Source: the human T2T-CHM13v2.0 reference genome, Homo sapiens
Assembly (NCBI RefSeq): GCF_009914755.1
Contig: NC_060945.1
Reading direction: 5' to 3' (one strand)
Length of the DNA stretch: 64,000 nucleotides
Position 1 is the stretch's first letter, and every line of letters starts with the position of its first letter. Shown here in pieces: positions 1 through 15,075 of this stretch. The position numbers and the translations under genes were made by a program. The notes beneath the pieces are model-generated. The model saw only the letters and a list, made by a program, of their open reading frames with translations, was not told the origin of the DNA and searched no databases.

Positions 1-147
1 CTTCAAACGCTGTCTTCTTTATAACTCTTTAACAAACACCTCATTTATGTTACCTCTACTGGTGAAATCATCTGCCCTCTAGCAATGCTGAGCCACTTTT
101 AGCACAGAGAAAGTGGACTTTATGAATCAGAAGATATTGTAAATTAG

Positions 148-228
148 GAAAGCATGTTCTGTGAAGGGCAGCCAATTCTGTGAAAGCATGTTCTGTGAAG
201 GGCATGTTCTGTGAAGGGCTGCTAATTC
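148..228. repeat. Short local tandem duplication (gcatgttctgtgaagg x3 plus a partial copy)
   Basis: Directly visible repeated 16-17-mer. Confidence 0.8.
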
Positions 229-2374
229 CCTTTTTCAGAGTTTACTCTCCTTTTGGATTATCCTTTAACATTTTATCCTTCCAAAGCCTAGCTCATCTCC
301 CATGAAATGCCTTATTCTCCACAGCAGCAGGATTGTAAAATTTACCTTCCTTAGGGTTTGTGGCATTATACAGCTCATGATGAAAGAGATAAAGGTATGA
401 GGAAGATGAGAGAAAAGTGGCTTCCTTACTTGACTGCTCCCTCTTCACCATATTCCACTAGATTGGGTTCCATTATTTTAACCCTGGATCTTATGAATTT
501 GCCTTCAATAAAGTGACTTTGTTGTTAATTATCTACTCAGATTATGGCCTTTGTTTAACAACCAAACACAAAGTATTATTGGTATCCATACCATCTAAAA
601 TTAGGTATACTGAAAACAAATGCTATAGATAACTTCACAATTGCCTTATGCTAGAGGCTCCCTGCATGTTCTAGTAAAAAAAACTGATGATTTCAATCAA
701 GATCCATTTTTTCTCTCTTTAATTCAGGGTCTTAGAACTCTATTGAGTTTTACCAAACTTATACTCAGTCAGTGAATTACTCTAATTAACCAGTGAAGAC
801 AACAAACTCAATCTACCATCTCTCTCAGCCCACAACTCATCCAGATATCACTCCTGATGCATGCTTTCTGGCAATAACAAGAAGTAGTAAGAAGAGCAAA
901 CATGGATTTTAGATCAAGATTCTAATCCTAATTTTACAACCTATTGGCTGTGAGGTCTTGGAAAAGTTACTTAGCCTCTCTGATTCAGTTTCTTTATTCT
1001 TACAATGGGAATCATAATGTTTTCAGAGTTTATGTAAGGCATTTAAAGTATGTGCTTAAATTAAGTAATCAATGGTTGTCCTATTTTGGTATACAATGTT
1101 TCTATTATTATACTTGTCACTTCTAAGTTTCTTAGCATATTTAATGCTAGTTAATCTCATTTCTCTTTTCTCCATCTATATTTTTCTCTCTATTAATTGT
1201 TTTGAACGACTCAATACTTTATAAAGTCACCCATGGACGTTTCAGTACCTTTTACTCAAACAGAAAAAGCAAAGAAGCGGAGAAGTGCACCAAGTGAGAA
1301 CTGACAGAGTTATATAAAATTTTCCTTAGATCTAAAAATTTATACAAATTATCTAGCCCTAATCATGGTACTTCACAGTTTGATAAAAACCCTACTCATC
1401 TAAACAGGAGTTTATTAAACTTAACAGAAGCTGATTTTTAAACACTAAATCAAAGACAAATGTTGTGATTAACTTTCAGTGAGCAATTAGGTAAATATGA
1501 GAAACTAGTAAACTCCTTGTTTCCTACCCATTGTATGACAAGGGTAAAAGCAATTTAACAAAATATTTCTTTTGTTTCCTTTGTACTTCTCAGTTTGATG
1601 ACTGAAGATTCAATTCTCTTCCTTTAGAGACTCAAAGAAAATACACAGGAGGGGATACATTTGAAATTATACCTTCAAAATGTCAGTGACACTAACTGAT
1701 GAACACTTAAGCAGAAACAATCAACTTTAATACTTTTCAACACATATAAAAATATATTCCTGTTTTATTTCTTTCTTGATTTTAGGTTAGATTCTTAAAA
1801 TCCTTTCAGCCACATTATCTGCATTCAACAAGGAATATATTCCTTTCAATATTGATACAGATGAAGATTGACACAAATATGTTAAATGGCCTGCAGGGAT
1901 AGTCTTCACATATAAGGAAGAAAGTTTAAAGTCAGATGTAAATACGCATGTGCATTTGTTCAAACATCAACACTTTACTTGATATTTACAAAACTGAGGA
2001 ATATTTTTGACACTTATTGTTTCTGTCCAATTTGTTAAAATAATATTTTGTTGATTTTATGTGTTCTTCTATTTTCCATTTCTTCTATTTTTTTTTAACT
2101 TTAGAAACATACCATACTCTAGGAAGAACTTAGGAAGGCAAACATGTTATAAAGAAATTTTTGTTTGTTTTGAAAGTGTTTAATGGAAATTTTAGAGAAA
2201 AAAATGAGAAATTTAGTCACCTAAACGATGTATAATGAAGAAAGAAATTAGACAAATAAAAGAAAGTTGGGGAGTCTAAGGGTAATCCTGACAACTAGTA
2301 TCTCATGAAAAAAAGAGACAAGAAACTCAAGGAGTTTCATGAAGTGGAAAGGTTTTTGTGCTTCTTCCATATAC

Positions 2375-2377
<3 letters not shown>

Positions 2378-2421
<44 letters not shown>
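2378..2421. repeat. (TG)n microsatellite
   Basis: Pure TG run. Confidence 0.97.
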
Positions 2422-2427
<6 letters not shown>

Positions 2428-5184
2428 ATACATATAAATATAATACAAATGGAATATTCAGTGTCGAATTGCATGTTTAAATGGTGGACTTTTTACGACA
2501 TTCAAATAAATTTGTCCCGGTTGATTAGATTTGAGGCCCACTAGAATAACTAATTACTAAGCATCATAATTCAAGTTCATCATAAAGCATATGTTCACTT
2601 GTTTTACAGTAAATATCAATTCATGAAAGGAAGAAAAGTCTTAAAAATAAAAATCAGTTAACCCACGTTATTTCAAGTCATAAATTTAAATACCTACTAG
2701 ATTCTTCAGTGAACGCTGAAGAGCAGTTATTTTTATGGTTTTGTACCTTATGTAAACCTGGCGACATATATTTGACTTGAAACGTGTAGCACTTTTTAAC
2801 AGATCTCATAAGCTACCTATTAGATAACCAGATGCATAATAAGACAGGCAAGCAGCATTATACACAATTCTCTTAAGACAAAATTAAAAATGCAAAAAAA
2901 CCACATACATTATATAACAATAAGAATTATAAATAAGAATATAATAAGTACGTAATAAGTATGCTTAGCCCTTTTTCCTAAAACAAGAGGACTTACATTT
3001 TTAAAAGGTATTTGGCTTTATTTTCTAAGTGAAATTTGAATGTTCAAAAAGAAGTTCTGCTCAATAGTAATGGCAGAAATAAGATCATAGAATGTAACCT
3101 TGGGTGTAAAACTTGTGTAACACTTATATTTTACAGATGGGGAGAGCAAGCTTGATGACCTATAGAAACTTATACCTGCCACGAGCATCACCTGTAAATG
3201 ATTACGATGTACTACACCACTCTTTGGAGTAAAAGTTGAAAAAAATCATCCACTGATAAAGTCACTTATAAAGTCACCATAGATTATTGACTGGTGTTTC
3301 CAAAAGGAAAATGAGATCGGTTTTTGTTAGAAGATTATTGTATCAGCTACATCATTTAAATTCACTTTGAAAGATACCCAGCCATTATAATCAGGTGACT
3401 ATGGGTATAGCATATATTATTACTAAAAGCAAGAAATCATTCTTCATTTAGAAGGCCCAATCAACACCAAAGAAGCATGATTCTCACAAATTATTGCCTA
3501 TTGAAACAATAATAAATAGATTCAAAGGAAACAATACAGAGGGAAAAATAATGCCTCACATGGTCATTATGAAAGTTACAAATTGAATACTGGAGTGAAG
3601 GTCAAGTAAATGTTAAAAAGTTAGTGCACAAACACAATCACCATGCTAAGTGAGCTGCAGGTAAAACTGACTTTCTAATTTGGAGGATTAGTACAATCAA
3701 AAGGGTCAAATAAGTTGTACATGATGCCATAATCTTGATGTTCATCGCTTAAATCTTTATTGAGATTAGGTTGCCATTTCTTTCAAGTCTTTTGTCATTA
3801 ATATGGATTTTTTTTTTTGCTAAAGACTGAACCTTTTATAAAGCAAGAAAAGTATTAAAGAAAATTAATAAATAAATGAGTATTTCTCTACATCGTATAA
3901 AATCAATTTGTTTGATCATTTGCTTGGATTAATTTATTTTCAATGATACAGACTTAGTTTTAAAATAGCATTCCATGCTGCTCCTGAGTATTAGTTACAC
4001 ATTTGCTTTACTTGTTTTAAATATTATGGTCTTTTAATATTTTCTACCACTAAGAATAAGAAAAAAAAAACTGTCCATACCAACAAAATACTCCTATAAA
4101 GAACCTGACTATGATATGCTCCTCAAATGAAAAAAATCCATCAGAAGAATAATGTCCTTTCAATAACTCCGTCACATCACATCTCACTCATTGAAAGCAC
4201 CTTGTGAGTTTATTTCTTCCTTCCCATGGAAACCTCCTTTCACGTGGTATCTCTGAGGTCGAAATTCAGCAGCCTGGAAGACTCAATATGATGTGAAAGG
4301 TATCCAAGTTGAGATTTATTCTACAACAATTAAATATCAAACTAGTCATATTCCAAAATAGTTTGAGGAAAAAAATGTCATACTTTAAATATCCTGGCTC
4401 ACAAACGATCAACACAGGTCCCAGGGATGGCACAAAGATGGTTCTAATTCAATGAATGCGGAATGTTAGTATCTTCTTAATGGATGTTGATCTGGTTACA
4501 GGGAATATGCACCTTACATGACCACAGAGAGGCCAGAATTTTATTTTTATCCTGTTTGCCAAGGTCTTTATCTCTACAGCCAAAATGAGAATGGTGATTT
4601 AAACAATTGAAGTCACAGTACTCACCCCAAAGCTTTTGTGGAAGCCTAGATTGTCAGTGACTGCAGCTATTAGGGAAATGAATTCAGCTGGGTAGAAAAA
4701 GCCACATGACTTGAGTTCAAATGTCACTCTCTGTTCTCTGTACAATAAAATTGTAAACCCTTAGAAGTGGGGCTGGTAAAGCCTACAGGCTTTACATCTC
4801 AAATAGCACATGAGCCCCTCGAACCCTTTAATATTCCCTTGATTCCAGGAAGGGAGGGCCTCTTGAATATTAACATGTTTGAATTTAGTATTCCTTTAAT
4901 CAACTTGTGCCTGTAAGAGGTAATGTTTCCATTCTCAAAGCCTTGGCTTTTATCTGACCCCAACTGAGATCCCCATAAATTTACTCCATGACATGAGGTA
5001 ATCCCTCAACTGTATTTCAAAAGATTGTTTTGCTTCACTAATTATACATGATGGCTTCTGACATTCTCTGTAAGAAGATATTTATGTAAACATCATGGTC
5101 TGTCCACCATTATTCAAAACCAACTTCTGTTAAAGGGTTAACCACTTAAGCTGAGTCCCTGGGATAGACACATCTCTTAACCTG

Positions 5185-5420
5185 GCAATAATAATCTTAA
5201 GAATAGTAAGTGTTTATGAATACTTATTATACGCCAGGAACTTTAGATGTTTTGATTCACTTAACACGATCCCCTATGAGGTAAGTATTGTTATTACCCT
5301 CATTTTATAGATGGCCTAGAGAGCTGAAGTAATGGAATGCCCGACGTCATCATGGCTATTAAGTAAGTGTGTGTGTTGAATCTGAATTTAGGTAAGCTGA
5401 TTTCAGAGGCTATGCTTTTC
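5185..5420. mobile_element. MIR SINE
   Basis: MIR core ctatgaggtaagtattgttattaccctcattttatagatg. Confidence 0.75.
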
Positions 5421-7836
5421 CACTTCACTGAATTGCTGATTTATAGAGCTCGCCAGAAGGGGAAAAAGCAGACACCTCTTGATGGTGTTTTCTACAACAC
5501 ACTTAGATCACCTAAAGGCTTGGGGCATAATTTTTGTAGACATGGTTTATCTTTGTTGACTTCTTATCCATGTCCCTTTGATCTCCACCTTTTGCCCCTG
5601 CCACATCCATCCTGAAGAGGTCAGTCACTACGTGGCCTCTCTTGGGGGCTAGGTTTTATTACTGAGTCACTCCATCCATGTGAGTTTCTTCCCTTGACTC
5701 TGCATCTCTGGTTCCATGTGTGTTCCTCTGCTTTCTCCTTTTCCTCTCCCTTTTCCCTCCCAATATGTGGGTGGAAAGTATTCCAGAAGTAAATGGTAAT
5801 AATGTACAGGATGGTTCTTTTCCCAAACCCTCAGGAAATGAATTTACAATTCTCACCATGACCACAAGTCTTAACCCTATGTGCTAGGCAAAGGTTTAAT
5901 TCAGAGAATTTTAGTCACTTTAGAAAACTGGATAAATTGTTTGGGAGGTATAGTTAAAAAATAAATTAGATTTCAGTAGCACTCTTGTTACTTAACTAAG
6001 AGTGTGCTTATTTATATTCTGGGCTGAATCTGGTATGGAAGAAAATATAGACATTTGCTCTAACTTGGGCTCTGTGTCATTGACATTTATGACTTGTTTT
6101 TGTGAGGCTACTCAGTATCTAAGACTTGTTTCTGTTTAGGAGGAGACAGTACTGTGGCTCCCAATGCAGACCTTAAAGAGGACTAGATAATTCCTTTCAT
6201 TGCTCCCAGTAGCGATGTCTTAGGCATTTGAATTAAGCTTGGCTAATCAACTGTCTCAACTGGTCTTGGATTTTTAGCAAAGTGACACAAAGACAAAAAG
6301 CGGTATTCAGAATGTATCTAGAGCAGAGGTATCCAGAAGCAGAAAAAAATGGCAAGAGGAATGTCAGTAGTAGCAGTGCCCCACTCTAGTGGTGGCTAAA
6401 AAGAAAAATGGCAGTAATGACAAAAATAATATCCTAACAAGACTATTGCTGTGTCATTGATTTGGGTGCTATATTAGCTATATTGACAACCCTGGGTCGC
6501 ATCCCACTTCTCAACCCAGTCTCCCAGATTTCCCACAGTTCGTCAAACTACCCATAGTCTCAGTAAAGTTTTTGCATGCTTATTAAATAGTCTGCCTGGT
6601 AGACAGGGCTTGTGTTTCAGTCTCTTCATACAGTACAGACTGTTGACATAAAAGTTCTAATAAATTACTGTACTTATATTTTCCATTTACTCTTTGCCTA
6701 GGAAGTAATCCAGGTGTTTCATATGAGCTGTTTAAATCTTTTGAGCAAACTATTTCCCTTATTATTTTAACATGAAAATAGAGCATATAAGGCATACAAT
6801 TTAAAATGGGAACATATCAAGCTTAATAGCCATCTTGCATTGTAACCATGACTGATATAATAAAGTAATACATTTAGCTTTATGAATCTGTAATGATTTT
6901 CAATTCAAATGCATTAAAGTTGAGTAAATCTAGATTGCAAAGAAGAAGCTCATTATTGAGCAGGAGAGAAAGATAAGCAAACATCACATTATATGATAAA
7001 AGTGGTTGTGAGAAAAGAAAACGTGAAAAGAATACAGTTGAGGATAGGGTGTTTGTTCATTTTTCATGAACTATGATGTCAGAGTAGTTTTTGCACATTA
7101 AGACTTGCAAGATGAAAAGGTATTATGATGGGATGAAATAGAGACACCAGGTATTATAAAAGAATAAGTGCATTATAGTAATAATAATCATTATTATTAT
7201 GGATATTGTCTACCATTTATTCTGCCTGGCCATTCTTTTGTACTTTGCAAATAATAGATCGTTTAGTCCTCACCACATTACAGGGAAAACAATGAGATTA
7301 TTTTCAACTTGCGGATAACAAAAATGAGATTTAATGAGATAAAATAAATTTCCCAAGTTCAGAGAATTAATCCTCAGTCAAGTTAGTATTGGAATCCAAG
7401 CAGTTTGACTTGAACTTTGAGTTTCTAACTAGTAAGAATGGCACCTTAAGATGTAAGCAAAATAAAATTTGAGTTAGGAAAATCCTTAGTAGAGACTACT
7501 GTGATAAGAGATGAAAAAACATAAAATAAGAAAGAAGAATTGGTGATGCAGACAGTGTGCCATCTTTGAGAAAAATATAAATGTCAAGGTTAAGGGGAAT
7601 TAGTAGCCAATAAGTGAGGAGAGGGACATAAATGGATAATTATTTTCACAAAAGTTTAATTTTGCAGCACTTGGTGGATCAAAATGCTGGAAAGGGGTTT
7701 GTAGAGAAGCAAAAAGGGTGCATGTGTGGGAAGAAGAATCTATTGGTTAGAATAAGTTTAAGCTCAGCTGTCTATGGAGACATGCATTTGGAAACATTCT
7801 TCTGGTAGATAAATATCAGAAGAAAGACCGGTTTGG

Positions 7837-8020
7837 GAGAGATGCCATATATGGCAAATAAAAATACAGGGTGCCCAGTTAAACTTGAGTTCTGAATAAA
7901 TAATATTTTGTTTAGCATAAGCACGCTCTATATAATATTTTAGACATACCAAAAATGTTTCTATTACTTATCTGAAATTCTAACTTCATAATTTGTTCAT
8001 TATTGTGTCTGGCATTCCTA
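7837..8020. mobile_element. MER53-like hAT MITE (palindromic)
   Basis: gcaaataaaaatacagggtgcccagttaaacttga...ttatctgaaattc...tctggcattccta. Confidence 0.7.
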
Positions 8021-8599
8021 TAGACTGGGAATGTAGATTCGAGCACCACAACTTGCAGAGAAGTTGTCAACTACTGCTTAGAGTAAAGGAGGTTAGCTTT
8101 AAATAAACAAAGGCTAGACAGTGGGTTCTCTGGTAGAATACAAAGCTTTATCTTTTCCCTCTCATCTACTCTCTTTGCGTTATAACTTTGAAATGTTCTT
8201 TCACTCTGATTCCTGGCACAGTCATATAACATGGTGTTACCAGCCAAAAGGCAGAATTGATGATGTTCTGGTTCTGAGCATGAAAGTTCTTGCAAGAATC
8301 TAGTTTGCTCTCATACTCTTGCCATCTTCATGAGAACACAGTAAGTAGATCTAGCCTAATTTTAGAGTGAGAGATTGATGGAGCAAAGCCAATTCCCACT
8401 TTTACCCCAGTCAACAGTAAGTCAAACCCCAGTCATGTGAGCAAACAGCAAGGCTATCTTACTTCCCCCAGCCGTTGGATGGTTGAGCATGAACCATCTT
8501 ATTATACAGCTTATCGTTGTATGTAACACAGCAGTATGATGGCAATAGAAAATGGAAACAAAGTCAATTATAATAGTGTCAAAATAAAAGTAGCAATAA

Positions 8600-8850
8600 C
8601 TAATATATATTGATTGCAGACTATATGACAAGCTATGCTTTGAGGTTTTGTATGCGTTACTCATTTAATCCTCACAAGGATCCTATGAAATTGTTGCTAT
8701 TGTTACCCCAGTTTTACAGATGAGAACGCTGAAATCCAATGGGTTTAAGTAACTTTTCCAAGGTCACCTTGGGAAGTAACAGAGCTGACAGTCTGACTTA
8801 GGTGAATTTGCCTTCAGAAAGTTCATGCCTAACCACCTAGTGACACTGCA
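8600..8850. mobile_element. MIR SINE
   Basis: ctcatttaatcctcacaaggatcctatga...ccccagttttacagatgagaacgctga. Confidence 0.8.
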
Positions 8851-10134
8851 TCTCAACAAAACTTTGAGGATGACACTGGATTTGCCAATAAAGAAGTTGT
8901 TTGGAACATTTACTGCATTAGCTTCAACTAGGTGACAGACTATTGGAGGAGGATGGAAGACTGCACTAGAAATGAGGTACAGAGGAAGAGAGAGAATGCA
9001 GAGGGGGTGCAAGTATTCCTTTAGGTCATTCAGTGACATGAAGAAAAGGGGAAGAGATGACAGTCAACTTAAAGATAGACCAAGAGGACACTGAGGTTTT
9101 AACCTTGGTTTCTTTGGTTGTGTTTTTCATAGGACTTTGTGTATGTCTGAAGATAGTATATTGCACTCAGACTTCCTGGGTTGAAAACCCAGCTTTGCCT
9201 TGTATAAACATCCAACTTTAGGAATTTTTTAGCCTCTCTGAGCTTTACTTTTTTAGCATACAAATACCTCAAAGAGTTTCTAAAAGACTGAAGCACAGTA
9301 TCCCAGAATATAGATGGTGGTTCCAGGTAGGTCAATTTCAGGTGTCTTCCTACAAGGGGAAACTGCAAATAGAAGGATAGGTAATAGTGAATAAAACAAT
9401 AAGCCACAAGATAAGAAAGAGAAAAAAAGGAAAAATGAATGCCTCAAGTCTTACAGGGGAGAAGGAAAACTTCTTTCTCAGAGACAGTTGAGAACAAAAA
9501 ATGGGTGAACATAAATCTGCAAAGTGAGAGAGGGAGATCAAGGTATATCTCTCCTGATAATACCATAGAAGAATTTTGACTGGCACCTCTACTTCTTAAA
9601 TGTGACCAGTGACATCCTATGATTAAAACATTGGACCTTCTTTAGGGGCATTTGCCTCGCCTTCACTGCTCAGGTGCACAAACTTATGCTTAGAGTCAAA
9701 ATACTTTTTAATTTATCACAGGTTATAATACCTCACAACTCACTATTGCATGGTTTGTGGAAGTTATTTAAATTTTCCAAAGTGCAATTTCCTCACCTAT
9801 TCCACAGGAATAACAAAATCATATACCTTATAATGTGTGAAGTTTATGTGTGACATGTCATGAAAGGCAGAAAATAAATATGAACCATCTTTACTAGCTA
9901 TATTGCAGTTGCAGTTGGCTTACGTTTATGCCTGTAAACTTAAAAGAGCGTCCAGCACATTGCAGAAGTTAATGTCTACCTATGGAAAAGATAAATAAAA
10001 CATGATATTAATTTAGCATAAAAGTAGAGCTTTTCTACATTTTCATCAATAAAATCATATTATTATAAGAAAAGGACACAGGATTCAATGAGGATACTGG
10101 CATATAAATTAATAACCAATGGTTTGGCACTATG

Positions 10135-10450
10135 ATAGATTTATTTGGCACATATTTTATGAAATACTTTCTGTAAGCCAGGCATTATTCTAGGCCCTGT
10201 GGATGCACAGATGAGTAAAAGAGATTAAATTTCTGCCCATATGTAGCTTCCATGTCCTGGGGAGATACAAAATATGTGAGTCAACTAGCAAGTGTATAGC
10301 ATCTCTTGGTGATAAGTGCTATGAAGAAAAGGCTATATAAACGACCACAGGCCAATAGCATCTCAGGGAAGACCTCTATGCAAAAGCGACATTTGTGCAT
10401 GATGCTGTCAAGTGACTGCTGGAATCTGGAAGGCATCTCAAGAGAAGATA
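10135..10450. mobile_element. L2 LINE fragment, interrupted by L1PA
   Basis: atttatttggcacatattttatgaaatactttctgtaagccaggcattattctaggccctgtggatgcacag, typical of the L2 3' end. Confidence 0.6.
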
Positions 10451-10451
10451 C

Positions 10452-11402
10452 TTAAATTTTTTAAATTTTTATTTTACTTTAAGTTCTGAATACATGTGCA
10501 GAACGTGCAGGTTTGTTACATAGGTATACATGTGCCATGGTGGTTTGCTGCACCCATCAACACAACATCTCAGTTTCAAGCCCTGCATGCATTAGGTATT
10601 TGTCCTAATGCTCTCCCTCCCCTTGCTTCCCACCCCCTGACAGGCCCCTGTGTGTGACGTTCCCTTCCCTGTGTCCATGTGTTCTCATTGTTCAGCTCCC
10701 AATTATGAGTGAGAACATGCTGTGTTTGGTTTTCTGTTTCTGTGTTAGTTTGCTGAGAATGATGGCTTCCAGCTTCATTCATGTCCCTTAAAAGGACATA
10801 TCTCATTCTTTTTTATAGCTTTGTAGTATTCCATGGTGTATATGTGCCACATTTTCTTTATCCAGTCAATTCTTGATGGGCATTTGGGTTGGTTCCAAGT
10901 CTTTGCTATTGTAAATAGTGTGGAAATAAACCTACATGAGCATGTGTCTTTATAGTAGAATTATTTATAATCCTTTGGGTATATGGGAGAAAATGTTTGC
11001 AATCTACCCATCTGACAAAGGTCTAATATCAAGAATCTACAAGGAACTTAAACAAATTTACAAGAAAAAAACCAAACAACCCCATCAAAAGGTATGCAAA
11101 TTATATAAACAGACGCTTCTCAAAAGAAGACATTTATGCAGCCAACAAACATATGAAAAAAAGCTCATCATCACTGGTCATCAGAGAAATGCAAATCAAA
11201 ACCACAGTGAGATATCATCTCACACCAGTCATAATTGTGATTATTAAAAAGTCAGGAAACAACAGATGCTGGCGAGGGTGTGGAGAAATAGGAATTTTAC
11301 ACTGTTGGTGGGAGTGTAAATTAGTTCAACCACTGTGGAAGACAGTGTGGCGATTCCTCAAGGATCTAGAACCAGAAATACCATTTGACCCAGAAATCCC
11401 TT
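10452..11402 (-). mobile_element. 5'-truncated L1PA with internal inversion (3' end on minus strand 10452-10984; inverted ORF2 C-terminus on plus strand 10985-11402)
   Basis: L1 3'UTR in reverse; the plus-strand [31 protein letters not shown] is the ORF2 Cys-rich domain. Confidence 0.92.
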
Positions 11403-13654
11403 AAGTTAAATTTTGAAGATGAGTAGGAACTCTTTTTGAGAAGTGAAGAGCAGCGCATGCAAGGTAAAGGAGGAGCTAGTATAAAGGCAGATATTTAACA
11501 AGATTATGGATCATTTAGGTAAATACACATATTAATTCAGTCGGTGTTTGCTGAGTGTAATATCATACCTGATGAGCCAACTGCATGGTCCAGGCTCTTC
11601 TGTAACTTGCCTTTTAATAAAATTTCCTTCCATATCAGCATATTGAGCGCTTCATTGTTTTCATCATAATAGCAGCATTATGTGTCATTCCAGGGAGAGA
11701 TATAAGGAGTCATTTTGAACAAATAACTTTTAACAAAGGGACTAAAGAAAGGTGGCAGGTTTTGAGTTTTGGAGATCAGATAGGAATAGATGAAAAGGTG
11801 CAGCCATAGTCCAAGTGGCAAATTATGACCATCAGCATTAGATAAAAGGTAAAATGAAATTGAATATATTTATAAAGAATTATATATTTTATGTATCTGT
11901 TAAGAAGATAGCACAAAATAGCTACCAATTTGCTATGGAGATGACAGAGGAGACATGTGAAGCTTCTCCATATTCTGACTTGAGTGGCTGTAGCGATCAC
12001 AAATTGGTTGTCCTTGTCAACCAATTAAACAATAGAATCCACATGGTCTCTACAACCCATAGTAAGGTGCTTGGCAGAAACATAACTAAATATATAACAA
12101 TATTAAGCCTTAGAATCTCCAAGTTAGTAGCTCAAACCATAGATGGATTCATAGCTGCAACCTAGTCCTCTAAACTTCAGAGGCCAGCAGTGATGTCTGT
12201 CAAACATATTTCCAATAAAAGGGAATACTTTTATTCAGATTACCAAATTGCTCAGGTATCCTGAATTTTTATTCTATACACATATCCAATACAATATTGA
12301 TTCAATTGATCTTTCATAGTAATAGAGCATTTTTAATTGATTAAAGAGTTTTTATATTGATTTGCATTATTAGAGGTTTCTGTGACCAATCTGAGTGCAG
12401 TAGTAAGATGTGACCATGATTATTATGTCTGAAAAAACTTTTTCGGTGGAAGAAAGAAATTTTACTTTTTGTATCCATGTTTCAAGAAATTATTCATTCT
12501 CCAATTTTATCCTTTAACATTAATCTTGGATCCTAAATTATGCAATCACTATGCACAAGCATGACTAGGTACACATGACACTATTATACCTTCCTCAAAA
12601 TTAGAATTTATAGTTTTCATCATGAAATTCCCCCTCTACTTGCATTCATAAGAATTGTATGTTCTGTAGTATATTTTAAATTTTGAAGGTGAGTTCTACA
12701 GTATATCTTACTGATATACTGTAATAGAAATCAACAGAAATTCAGTTCTCCCAGCAGAACTACTTACTGACTGCAATTTAGAAATATCTTTCACGTTCCC
12801 AGCTTCCAATTCTTTAACAATCTAACCAAGAATAAAAACATCTTTTGCAATATACTTTTAAAAGCCATGACATTCAGGAGCATCACAAATTATATTTGGG
12901 AACAAATCAAATTTAACAGCACCTGGACAGTTTAGATCGGAAATCAAAAAGACCTTCAAGTAAGGCCAGCACTTAAACCTAATGAGGATGATTTTTGTTG
13001 TTTTTGCTTCCCTTTTTTGGTTTTCTAATTTGAAATAGAAAGTGTGGTGTAGTAAAAAGGTAACAGATATTCTATCTTCAAGGTCATCTTTAGTAGGATA
13101 TAATGTCTGTCTGGAGAAAATTAGGTTGACTAGTCACATACTGTACATTCTAAATAATTGTTCTCTAAAAGCACCCACCATTTTTTATATGTTTATAAAG
13201 GGAAGCTTTATATATGCTTACAACCCTCATAGAGCAAATATAAATATGCAGACTAATTCACACATTGTTAAATTTTAGAGTTGACAAAGGACAATAAAAA
13301 AATCAAAGATCGAAATCATACAGAATAGTAACTACAGTTCCTATAATCTACAGGGGCTACGGGCTATTCTCCTGTAGATTTTTTGTTGTTGTTGTTAGAA
13401 CATAAAATAATTAGCTAAAGCTAAAAATTAGCTTAATTAAATAATTAATTAACTCTTCTATTTTGTCCAAGGAATTTAGAACTTACTAAAACTTAGATTG
13501 CAAAACCTCACTAGCAAAATTAAGCATTTGCCAAGGGTAGCTGCTGAAGGGTCTTTAAATCACTGTCTTTCAGTTTAACAGCACTTGGACAGGTATTATA
13601 TCTGGTTCTCATTTCAGCTTCACAAAAGATCAATTATCCATGCTCATTATCCTG

Positions 13655-13745
13655 ATCTGATTACATTATATATATCAAAGCTTCACTCTGTGCCCCATAA
13701 ATACATACCATTATTGTGCCAATTAAAAAATAAAATAAAATAAAA
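13655..13745 (+). mobile_element. Short L1M 3'-terminal fragment with A-rich tail
   Basis: gtgccccataaatacataccattattgtgccaattaaaaaataaaataaaa. Confidence 0.65.
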
Positions 13746-14431
13746 CATGGAATGTGTTCTAAATGTGATTGGGCCCTTAACTTATGAATTTTTCTCTCTC
13801 TTTCTTTTTTGATTTCTCTCTTGCTTCTTTCTTTTCTTCTCTCCATTTTTTTGCTTCCATTGTTTAGTTTCTTAATTTGAAATCAAAACTATAGTATAGA
13901 CAAAAAGGTAACACTTTTTCTATGGAAATTATTTATAAATAGTGTTCCTCTTTTAGATTTACAAAAGGATAAAAAGATTTTCTAAGATAAATAGTAGGGG
14001 TCCAAATTTGAATTTAAGTGGATTCAGACATGCCTAGTCATGTCAGACAAACTGGTGAAACAGGCTTCTCTTGCTACTTTGAAAGTTGACTGAGAAACAT
14101 TGCAGAGGACAGTTCTATCTGTGTTTACTGTTGGTGTTCCAAGATGCCTGGCCACGGGTGATGAACTTGTAAAACAAGCCTGAAAGGAACGGAAGAATTT
14201 TTTGGGTGAGAAAAAATTCCTAGAGAAAAGAGAGCCAGGCTCCTTGAACTTGACTGAGAAATGAAGCCAGAGTTGACAGCCCAGAAGGTTTCTTATCAGT
14301 AAAGCCTCCTGTGTATTATTCTCATGTGACTTTGTGTCATCATCCATTCACGACAAGCCATATAGACTGTTAAGAGCCTCTAATAGGGTGCAACAAAAAA
14401 ATCAGAAAGCATCCCTCCGGCTTATCCCAAT

Positions 14432-15075
14432 TTTTCTTTCTTTTAATTTTTTTTAATTTTTTTACTTTTGTGGGGACATAGTAGGTACATATATTTATGA
14501 GTTACATGAGATATTTTGGTAGAGGCTTTCAAAGTGTAATAATCACATCATGGGAAATGGGGTAGCCCTGTCCTCAAGCATTTATCCTTTGTGTTACAAA
14601 CAATCCAATTTTACTCTCCAAGTTATTTTAAAATGTACAATTGAATTATTATTGACAATAGTCCCCTAGTTGTGCTATCAAATACTAAGTCATTATTTAT
14701 TCTTTCTATTTTTTTTGCACCTATTAACCAGCCCCAGTCCCCTCCCCAAATACCCTTCCCAGACTTTAGTAACTGTCCTTCTATTCTCTACCTCCATGAG
14801 TTCCATTGCTTTGATTTTTAGATCCCACAAATAAGTGAGAACATATGACATTTGTCCTCCTGTGCCTGGTTTATTTCACTTAACACAAGAATCTCCCAGG
14901 ATGTTGGTCTGGGCAAAAATTTCTTGAGTAATACCCAGTAAGCACAGGCAGTCAAGGCAAAAATGGACAAATGGGATCACATAAAGTTAAAAAGCTTCTG
15001 CACAGCAAATGAAACAATCAACAAAGTGAAGAGACAACCCACGGAATTGGAGAATACATTTGCAAACTACCTCCC
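14432..15075 (-). mobile_element. L1MA-type element: reverse 3' end (to ~14890) plus forward ORF2 fragment (14895-15075)
   Basis: Reverse L1MA 3'UTR followed by plus-strand [28 protein letters not shown] (ORF2). Confidence 0.82.

Noticed and set aside
4500-6650. Stretch that may be ancient LTR/internal retroelement sequence
   Set aside because: Could not match a family or coding motif by eye; needs a Dfam search
14024-14347. 107-aa minus-strand ORF in moderately GC-richer DNA
   Set aside because: No recognisable domain, promoter or splice context; probably an old repeat or chance ORF
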